A stretch of 56,445 bases of DNA, filler included, from Sphacelaria rigidula (taxonomy: Eukaryota), in NCBI GenBank assembly GCA_964200075.2. It is 6 parts of 6 records of this genome, joined end to end, with 100 filler letters (N's around TTAATTAATTAA, not from the genome) between each part and the next. Parts side by side here need not be neighbours in the genome. Positions count along the whole stretch, not along the records: positions 47,122 to 56,445 come from CAXNAA020008746.1; 5 more parts are not named here. One strand, given 5' to 3'. How positions within the stretch are numbered: position 1 is the stretch's first letter; every line of letters starts with the position of its first letter. The notes under the pieces are model-generated. The model saw only the letters and a list, made by a program, of their open reading frames with translations. It was not told where the DNA came from and did not search any database. The translations under genes and the position numbers were made by a program. Below are positions 47,203 to 56,445 of the stretch, piece after piece.

Positions 47203-48534
47203 AACCTGAGTCCTTTGAAGCAGCGATGCAGTAGTAGTACAATCGCGTCCGTGTCAACGCCTTCAAAACCAGAATTTTAAAGCGTTTTTTTTCTCCCCCA
47301 CGGTATTCAAGCGCGTCCGAAGGTTGGTCATTAGTGTCTGATGACAAACATTTATCATGAAACAATTGCATGCAATCAAGGCGGCCCCGGGATTTAAACC
47401 CACGAAACTGGTTCTACGTCAGGGTTTAGTACCGGGGGGGGGGGGGGATATTCATGTCTCTGGTCGTTGGCAAACGCGTATCGGAAGTCTGCTGATACTG
47501 TCACTTCGCACACCCATAGTGCTTAAACCCATGGTGTCTGCAAGATTGAGGGACATTGGTTCCTAAATGCTACAAGGGAATGGAAGAGTAGAGAGGGGTA
47601 ACCGACAAAAGAGAGGCGGCAATCTTGTGGTCGTTTTTTCAGGTCGATTTGTTTGTCTCGTTCCCAAATGAAAATGGCGGCAAGACCTTTTCAGAAGGTC
47701 ACTTCTGCACGCAGAACTTTTACAGTCAACGGGGAAGGGCGACTGAACAAATCGCAGTCGTACGGCACTGATTGAGTACTCCAAACATGCGGCGTGACTT
47801 TGGCGCGTCTTCGTGCTCACAAGTAGTGCCCGCGTTCGCATCCAAGCCTGTTGCTCTCACCAAATCTCAAGGTAACATTGAACACACCCTCCTCTCCTCC
47901 CCCCCTCCCCCTTCGCACAAATATAGCTAAGGGGCTGTTTAGTATTTCATTACGTCTGTGAAAATAAATGCTCATGGAGATTTCATAGGTCCCGTGTACA
48001 GCATTTAGAGATGAAGTAGCCGACGCGTCGAGGTGAATAACGCTACGTCGTACCCGTCTTGCTGGCCTGCTGCCCGTCGGACACCTGCTTGGCTGACATC
48101 ACTCACAGCCACATTCTGTCAGCATTGCTACAACAGTAGTAGATTGATACTTCGGCGATTAGCCCTCCCCGCTCATCCCCGTCGCCCCCCCTGTCCCCTT
48201 TCAGGGTTGGCGCCGGTTAGCGATGACGCTGTAAAACACGTCACTCACTGCATAGGCTAGGCAACCAGGTTACGGTCTTTTTGTGCGCTTGCGTTTTTTG
48301 CGATCACGATGGTATTGGTCCAGCTAGATCGTATTGTGCGGAGTGGAAGAACCTCAAATCCGCGCAAAGGGGATGATCAAACAACATAGAGTTTATTTGG
48401 TGAGACACCCATTAGGCAGTGTGTAAGCCGCGTGGCTGTCTCTAGAATTGGCGATACCAGAGAAAAAAGCAACGCATTGGAGGCTGTCATTCAAATGCGA
48501 GGTGATCAGCGCGGCTAAACAAGTTTAGCAGGAT

Positions 48535-48715
48535 GCAGCTCGCCCTTCATGCGACTCGCCGAACACATCACGGGGTTTCGCGCTTGGCGATTGATTGCGA
48601 GTCTAGTCCAGCGAAAACCCGGCGTGCTCTGTCCCGGCTTTATAGGGATGCGAGGTCAGTGGTCATATGATTACGGCATGCAAAAACATGATTACCTCCC
48701 CCCCCTCCCCCCGTC
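48535..48715 (+). mobile_element. LINE 3' stub (long-loop subfamily) with C-rich tail
   Basis: GTGCTCTGTCCCGGCTTTATAGGGATGCGAGGTCAGTGGTC...CATGATTACCTCCCCCCCC. Confidence 0.7.
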
Positions 48716-50761
48716 CCCTTTGCCGCCTTCATGCGCGCAGTACCTGTCGGAGATGAAGGCGGTCGACATACGCAAGATGCACATGCGCTAGTCATGTACG
48801 ACATCTAGGCGCCAATACCACTGTCCACGGAAATATTTGATTGGTTCGATACACTCGGGGAGTGAGTACAGGGCGTAATTGCAGGGCATTGATCGGTGGA
48901 TTTGTTCTCGCGCACCTTTTGGGTGCAAGGATCAATGTATTCTCGCCTGAGCCTGCAGTCATGCACACGGCTCAAACTGCGTACGACGCAGCAAGTATGA
49001 TTTAGTCAGGAGACCACGGCTGGACCCCTGGGGGATCAGTGGAAGTGCGACAATCAATCAATCGAAATCAATCAAAATCAAAATCAGTCGTGCCATTAGC
49101 TCAACAAAGTAGTGCACTCCCACGGGATGACGGGGTAGGACCTCGGGGATTTCTCAGCCCATCATATTTTAATGGCACGGCGGTATAGCCGACTGTCAGA
49201 GAAATTCCCGTCGATCACAATGACTGCAATGTAGGGCGTAGGCAACGCGGCGACAGAGGAGCGTGGCACAACTGACTTTTGGAATGCGTGTATCGGTGCG
49301 GGAGCAGTAGTGCAGAGGGAAAAGTTGCCTTCCGATTTTCCGCTGGCCAAAACCTATCGAATACACAAGTGTATTTTACTTTATGCACGCATGGTCACAC
49401 TACAAATGCCTGCGTAAGTTGCCTGACAATACTGCACCAGTTGCAGCTGGTGCTGGTTGTTGTATGTTGCCCTCCACTTCCGTAGGACCTGAGCTATGCA
49501 AGACGTAGATTCATACAAGAGCTTCATCCCAGGAGGGACGCGAACCATTTCCCGGATGTTGCGGTGCGCCCTAATCCGTCGGGAACGCGTGGCGAGAAAG
49601 AAGTGGTTCACGTTTGGTGTACTGCGGTCCATAGCTTGTGCGTGCATCTCGCGTTAGGATGCACAAAATAGCCGGATACCGGAGGTGGTATACAGGGTAT
49701 GCTCTATGCGAGTATTAATCACACGGGACGATAAAAAAACAGCCTCAGTTCATTTCTGTATGTGTAAACCTTATACCGAATGGCATTCGGCTTCTACTTC
49801 CATCTGTCTTGAATTGAGGCGAAAATGTACCGTGAAACGTTAACGCCTGGCTGCGATACATTTATTTTTATGGACGTGAAATATACGTCGTATATCATAT
49901 ATATGTATGTAGCATAGAGTCAAGCTACGATAGGGGAGGGGTATTTTGGGCCGTTTTCTTCCACGAAATCCTACTTGCAATCGTCGTTGATAGCAGCAAC
50001 GGTAATTCGAACGCGCTTGCTTCCGATTTGTAACGCTCATTCACACTGTTTGATATCGCTTGTACCAAAATACAAGCGAACCGTGGATGTGTCGGGTCGT
50101 CTGACGCACCTATGAGCTCATTTTTTTGTGGAACCGAACCCCCCCCCCCCTGTAGTAGCGAGGTCAATGGACTTATGACTATGGCATGCATGATCATGAG
50201 TACACCCCCTGTAGTAGCTGCATAATCATGAGTACACCCCCCCATAATAGCATGACTCCATATACGTCGTATACTGAACATTTTTTCAACTGGAATTTCT
50301 CAAGAACCAGAACTGACGTGCTGTGCCGCGACAACCGAAGAACGGGGTACACTCTATCGACAGACCTTACGCAGACCTTGCTGACGAGAGGTCCATATAT
50401 CCACTCTGGTTGGTGTGATGAGATCACCGTCAGCGTCGGGAAAAAAGTCTGAGAGGAAAATGCATTATTGGGGATGCCATCACCCAGAGCTTCAAGGCGC
50501 GTCCAACAACATTTTCGCCAGATTGAGATTGAGAGCGATGCCGCGATAGTCCCCCCCGAAATCAGCCCCCCAAGACGGTCACGAGGAAAATGGCCATACA
50601 GCGCATGATCGTCGGTTTTCGACCGCGTGGAGCGCTTCATCATATGGTCGACATTGGCAAAACCGATCTCAAGCGTGGGAGTTTCTAGCTTCTCAGTGTG
50701 CTCGTCGTTGATCATTTTGGTTTATATGTAGATTTTGCCTCCTCAAACCAGCCACTTTCCT

Positions 50762-50836
50762 AGGGGGGCGTACTCATTCGTTGCTTGCCTTAGTCGTTCG
50801 ACCATTGACCACGCATCCCTTTCGAGACGGAGCACA
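50762..50836 (-). mobile_element. Very short LINE 3' stub (GAAA-loop subfamily)
   Basis: Minus strand GTGCTCCGTCTCGAAAGGGATGCGTGGTCAATGGTC...ATGAGTACGCCCCCC, near-identical to 22839-22910. Confidence 0.8.
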
Positions 50837-50976
50837 CTAGGCGGGGGGGGTATCGCGGGATCAGCCTTGAGAAAATACCTTTTGATTGAGAGTGGGTATT
50901 TTATAGGAACACGATGTTTTCGTGTGTTGCTATTAATGGATGAAACACTGCCATCGTTTTTACGTCATGAGAACCG

Positions 50977-51341
50977 GTCGCCCCGGTGGCTCCGTTGGTA
51001 ACCTCGAAACCTTCTGACGGTTGAGTAGGGGGTTCAATTCCTGGAACGATCTAGGACTTTCCCTCACATGCCCAACAGTGGAGAGCAACCACGTCGTGGG
51101 TACAAGAAATTCGACTTAACGGTCGACGAGGGAAAGGGACTGCTGAACCCCCTCTCGCGATAAAAAATAAAGGCAAGCACCGCAGAAGGAAGATGGGGTA
51201 CTAAATACAAAATTAAAAATTAAAAAAAACTGCTGTGTTGACCTTCCTCCTGTGTGACCCCGGCTAGTGCGCCCACATATACCGAAAGGTGCAGACTGGC
51301 GCCCAGAATAAATGGGACGACAACACACACACAAACACACA
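50977..51341 (+). mobile_element. tRNA-derived SINE
   Basis: Pol III A box TGGCTCCGTTGG (50987-50998) and B box GGTTCAATTCC (51031-51041) at tRNA-like spacing, an unrelated body, and a (CA)n tail after ATAAATGGGACGA. Confidence 0.75.
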
Positions 51342-54300
51342 TGTGTAGCTATGCTGATTCAAAAGATCACCGACTTACTCTATCAAGCGGATGAGAGGGT
51401 ATGATAATTGAAATAATCTTTTTCGCGGAACGTGTAGATTTTAGATTTAGAGTCGTTGGCCGTTCGAGTATTAATAGGGAACAATCCGATTTGTTGAACT
51501 AACAATGAACACGATGGGGAATGAGGATCGGATTATTGCTCTCACCAACGCCAAGGCACTTCAGGATGCCTTATTCGGGCAGGGATGCGGCCGTGACCGA
51601 TGGTAGGCAAGGAGAATAAGTGAACGAGGTGCTACGGTAGTACCAGCTACGTTCTACCAGAGTTCATGCGGTGGCCCGTTGTTTCGGGCTCTTGTACCGG
51701 AGATTCTGTTTGCCGAGCTTGCCCAAGATCCAGTTTCACCGGTTTGAACGTTTCGGGTCCGCTCATGCGTGTCACTGGCGGACCCCATTCCTGAGACTGT
51801 TTATCCGGCTTACATATGTATTTGGATGTTCATTACGCTCATACATACGTGGTCTCCACAGTAACTCTGATATAACGACTCGTATTGATGAACTCGGTAT
51901 TCCGTTGCACACGCAACTATGCAGCATAGACTTCTCTAATACAATGAAAACCGCGACGTACTTGGCAAAAAATTGGTCATAAGTAACCAACGCCGAGACA
52001 CACACTAACTACCGAGTGAATATCCATCATACGACGGAGATATCGACGCCCAGCGTACTGGACGATGACAAGAAATGAGCTACACAGTGCAGAAGTAACT
52101 TTCCCTGTCAAGTTTTCATTTGTTCATCCACCCCGAATTCGAGTTGAGGCATAATGCAGTGCCCTCCCCCCGCCCCCCATGCGTCGTGGGTCGTCCAAAT
52201 ACTTCGAACACATTTCCCAAAATGGTCGCGATTGCTGCACCTGCTTTCACCACAGGACACGAGATCACGACATTTTTACCAGCATACGCCGAGGAAAGCA
52301 AGTCCACCCCCCTAACCTTTTTATCCGGTGTCCGAATACTTTTGCGTTTCTGCACGATCAACTACGTACGTGCAATCTTCACAGGAGGTGGTCAACAATC
52401 GTAGTTTGACAGATAAAAAAATAAAATAAAACCTCTTCACGCACGAAAAAGACACATCGACAAACAAACAACACGGAAAGGAAGGGAAGGCAAGGGGAGG
52501 GGAGGGAAGAGTTGAGACAAAATCTCCGCAATGTCGACGGCGAAATTTCCGGCACAGAGAGGACAACAACTCGAAACCAGAAAGAGGCAAAAAGAGTGGC
52601 GAGAAAAAACATATCGGACGGACGCACCTACCTTATTTTCGCGGACAAAAACTCCCACATTTACACGTACGACAGTCACAACAGCGTCAGGATCCACGAT
52701 CCATAGTACTAGCTCAGCATATACTACTGGCTTAACTGGTGCACCAACATTGAAACGCTATGCCCTAACCTAACCCCCCCACACACACATACCCATGAGT
52801 CCTGCCCAGTACATTTCCGAAAAACAAAGATGCGATTACACATAGAGTGCCAATCAAGAAGATAGATGAGCGGGCCATTCTCTCCTGTCGCCGCGCTACT
52901 ACCTCGAAGGCACACTTTCTGTTCAAACCTTGAGCTGCCGTCGTGTGTTTTTTTTCTGGTACCAAAGGGAAAAGCAAGTAGAAAAACAGGGTAGAGGAGT
53001 CGATCCTCCACTCAAGAGATAGATGGCACTAGGGTCCTAACACACTGTAACCCCATGAAGTGCGGTACTCCACCCACAGTGCGGTAAGAACCGCTCGCAA
53101 TAAGTCGGATTCGCCACACTTTTGCAAGTGATTCCGCTGCACAAACTTTGTACGAGGTCCCCATAGAGTGCTGTCATCCGGAGCTTCGAAATATAACGCA
53201 CAAAGATGGGACCCTCAGTGTGCGGTGAGGGGCTAGGGCAACACACCTTCGTGCGGACCCGAAATGAAAGGGTCGGGTAATCCTCTCGAATCCTGGTAGC
53301 TGTGGCATGAAGCAATTCTACTCAACGTGACTCCCATATTCGAGACAAGAGAAAGACTTGACATGAACTCCGCCCCAACAAGTGAACCACGATCGTTGCC
53401 AACATGACGTGTGCCTCGTACCGGGCACGCAGTGTCTCACTGTACAAGAAATGCCCGTACTGCACCATGCAATGCCTGTACTGTATGTACCATACGACGT
53501 ACTGTGCTGTACAATGCCGGTACTGTGTTATACATACAACGTCTGCACAGCAATATAGAACCAATACCAGTACTGCACCGCAAATTCAATGACTATGCCG
53601 CACTAGCACACCATGTCTGTACTGTGCTATTCAGCACAAGCAGAATCTGTAATGAACTGTAAAAATAGTATTCTGTACCGAGCCGATACTTGACAGCGGG
53701 ACACACGAAAAAGCGACGGTTGACCCTACATTCGTGCTACCAGCTCGGGAGGTATCCCATGATTACAAAAGCCCTCAACAAGACTCTCGTCACTCGTCAA
53801 GTACAATTTCACAAGGACTTCCCGACATCAAGCACAAAGCTCGCTGATAAAAATCACTAAAATTTATCACCCCGAATACAGACATTGCCCTTAAAGCCCA
53901 CACGCCATTGAAAAACTCGTAGGAAAAAGTATCTTCTTCGCCAATACCAACAGTGTTACCCTCATCACCGATCATTACTGTACTACAATACCCTCTCGAA
54001 GAGCTCTACAAACGCACAGTCAAGAAAATTAAGGGAGAAAGCAAGAGCAAAAAAAAAACACACACACGGAGGAACAAAAAATGAAACAAAACAAATGGTC
54101 GGACCAGCGCTCTAAAAGTCCGAAACTACTTCACGCAACACAACGCGAGCTTGTTTTTCATGCGTAACGTTTCACCACGTATGAGAAGAAAAAATGTCAA
54201 AACTTAAGGAAATTAAAACGGAAAAGAACTTGACAAATCACTGATAAATGGAAAGAAGAAAGAAATAAAACACGTCACTTGCCCCACAATCCATGCAGGC

Positions 54301-55177
54301 GATTGATTGCGAACGACCAATGGAGAATCGTCAAGCTCCATAGTTACGCCGCACGCCGGTGGGGGTCCACTCAAACTTGTTCTACATTAGCACATTTGTG
54401 GGCCGACTGGTGCGGGCTTGGACCCCACGGTAGATTCCCCACTTACTTCTGTTTTGTATTTCCCGGAAAACGTTTTAGAACGAAAGCTGACGAGATGTAG
54501 TGGTAGTGGTGGGCCACCGACGGCCCCACGGGTGCCAATACATCAAGTCCATATATGTTTTGTCCTGGTATACACTTACGTTTAGACGTAACAGATCAGA
54601 CAAATCAACCACCCCGTCTATCAAATCCGAAAGATCGAAACAAAATAATTCCAACGACCAACAAACCATCCCGTAACCCACCGGCGAACACAAATACCCG
54701 TGCACCCCGGTAGAATTTACAGGAATTCATTTATGGTTCTACTTTTGATCAACCAACGTTGCAACTCACCAAAGGTGGTCAGAGCAGCGTATCAACACGC
54801 GAACAGGGTGTTCTTACTCACGGTATCCTGAAATACACCGTTCATAATTTTCAGCCGACACCTGAGGTGTTCTGGAATGTCCCGTATTTTCGAGCTGCCG
54901 ACGCTTCAGGTGGCGTGCGGTACGACACACCGTGCTTGTACTTGGAGAAACGTTGAAAACAACTCAGGGTACCTGTCGGGTACGTACGCTCTGGTTTACC
55001 CTATCCAGTTTGTACATTATAACCGATTATCCACATCCATCTGGACAAAAACGAAGATGGCTGCAAGCATGTGCTCATCCGATACTCGAGACTCAAAAGT
55101 GTGATGCACGTCCTGGCTGAGAGGCGGTTAAATCGTTTGCCTGGGACTACAAACTCTTGCCTAGGAAGGGAGTCGCG

Positions 55178-55261
55178 GGGGACGGGGGGGGGCTTACTCA
55201 TTTGTTGCATGCCTTGGTCGTGTGACCATTTTGATCACGTATCCCTTTCGAGACGGAGCAA
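55178..55261 (-). mobile_element. Very short LINE 3' stub (GAAA-loop subfamily)
   Basis: Minus strand TGCTCCGTCTCGAAAGGGATACGTGATC..TGGTC...ATGAGTAAGCCCCCCCC. Confidence 0.75.
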
Positions 55262-55652
55262 GCAGTAGAGGGGTAAATTGGGAGTGAGTGTAAACACGAC
55301 AAAAACCGTAACTCAAAGAGGCCAAACGGTACGGAAAAACAAAACAAAACGTTATACTAGGTATAGAGGGAATAAAATGTTTATCCACAATTTTTTTCGA
55401 CAGTTTCCAGTTTCCAGTTTCGATCAATCACCACTCCAACTGACGAAACCTAGCGTGAGCATTTTCCGGACCTTGTTGGGGTTCTGCAACCTCTGCCCGG
55501 TAACCCAACTCCCACGAAGGGTTTTCCCCCATTGTTATACCTCAGCTTGGTGCCCAACCCTCGTTCCCACAAGCTGGTCTCTCTGTACTACGCAACGACG
55601 CATATGCATCCACAAATCCCATGACGCAACCACAACACGGTAACGGACCCTC

Positions 55653-55912
55653 GAGTGATGCTACGGTAGGGGTGCAAGAGTATTTTCCAAGGTTAGAACT
55701 GTTGCGAGCCCTTTATCTCATCATCAAAAACACGAGTCATGAAATACGTAAGAGTACGTCAGGATTACTATTCCAGTGTGCTAGGGATATCCCGAATGAA
55801 TTTGCAAACGGGGGTGCCCTGACCCATATTCTTGTGCATCTAGAATCGTCAGGAGCCCCTGAGGCAGACAAGATGTTGCGCAAAAAGTGCACCCCCTACC
55901 GTAGCATTGCTC
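55653..55912. mobile_element. Sola2-like MITE (family A, copy 5), 260 bp, about 100 bp downstream of the kinase stop
   Basis: GAGTGATGCTACGGTAGGGGTGCA...TGCACCCCCTACCGTAGCATTGCTC; flanks CCTC/CCTT. Confidence 0.88.
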
Positions 55913-56009
55913 CCTTCCTTTCAGTAACCAGCCGTTCCTGGGAATATACGTGAAACCCCTCCTCGCAATCAACATTCCAAACGGATACAACCCCAGAACA
56001 AAAGCCAAA

Positions 56010-56181
56010 TCAATTTTCTCGACGGCTATCTCCTGATCCACCCCCCGTGCTCCCTGCCGCGGCGCTGGATGCCGAGGTACTGTTGCCTCGGCTTGCGACG
56101 GGCACAAAATGCGGGAAGGACGGTCTCAAGTGGTGAATCGTCTTGATCCACGGGTGCTGCAGCGCCTGGGATGCCGTTAAC
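56010..56181 (-). CDS. Terminal coding exon of a Ser/Thr protein kinase (subdomain XI and C-terminal tail)
   Basis: Acceptor TTCTGTAG|G, then (R)LTASQALQHPWIKT..., the classic R.TA..AL.HPW motif; stop TGA at 56012-56010. Confidence 0.8.
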
Positions 56182-56328
56182 CTACAGAACCATATCGTGC
56201 AAAATAGAGTTGGGGGGAAACCAAGGGGTTTGAGTCCAATATTCGTGAACATATAGGTGAGGCTTCAAATAAAGAGCCCAGCTTGAACACTTGTCTCGTC
56301 ATTGTCCAGGGCGTTATCATATACCCTG

Positions 56329-56380
56329 GACAATGACAATGACAATGACAATGACAATGATGATGATTATTATTATTATC
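56329..56380. repeat. Compound microsatellite (GACAAT)n-(GAT)n-(ATT)n in the kinase intron
   Basis: Read directly from the sequence. Confidence 0.9.
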
Positions 56381-56445
56381 AATATTATTAATAGCCAAAA
56401 TGATGTCCCGCTCGATACTGGGATCAAGTCAACAAAATGATCCCC

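Noticed and set aside
50194..50715. 173-aa minus-strand ORF
   Set aside because: No recognisable motif or splice support, and it runs into a small tandem repeat.
50980..51050. Functional tRNA gene
   Set aside because: A and B boxes are present, but I cannot build a convincing acceptor stem or anticodon arm, and it continues into a SINE body with a CA tail.
53430..53680. CRISPR-like or structured repeat array (recurring GTACTG)
   Set aside because: Irregular, degenerate low-complexity repeats with no constant repeat-spacer period and no associated nuclease gene.
1..56445. RNA-guided nuclease (Fanzor/TnpB), tyrosine recombinase, Helitron or giant-virus genes
   Set aside because: I saw no RuvC, recombinase, Rep/helicase or viral core motifs in the ORF track or in manually translated segments. 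Highly decayed copies cannot be excluded without HMM searches.

Overview
Eukaryotic, intron-rich and transposon-rich DNA. The gene structure and repeat content resemble a brown alga (Ectocarpus-like Phaeophyceae); that assignment is inference. The window is not one locus. It is six blocks of about 9,324 bp (1-9325, 9426-18749, 18850-28173, 28274-37597, 37698-47021, 47122-56445) joined by identical 100-bp N-TTAATTAATTAA-N linkers at an exact 9,424-bp period, and the block ends do not continue into each other. Host genes: (1) several exons of a large low-complexity/coiled-coil protein (+); (2) an apparently complete 8-exon gene of about 300 aa with a PH domain and two SH3-like repeats (-), needing one and probably two GC-AG introns; (3) two exons of an unidentified + gene; (4) the last exon of a Ser/Thr kinase (-). 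Mobile DNA: two decayed Ty3/Gypsy elements, a Ty1/Copia relic, a decayed LINE with six related 3' stubs ending in C-rich tails, a tRNA-derived SINE, and several MITE families (Sola2-like GAG..CTC, Ginger-like TGT..ACA carrying (CCCTAA)n, Stowaway-like, hAT-like, foldbacks). I found no intact, clearly novel multi-gene system. The best leads are the telomere-repeat-carrying TIR element, the C-tailed LINE family with a conserved 3' hairpin, the WLDD reverse transcriptase, and the PH-SH3-like gene.
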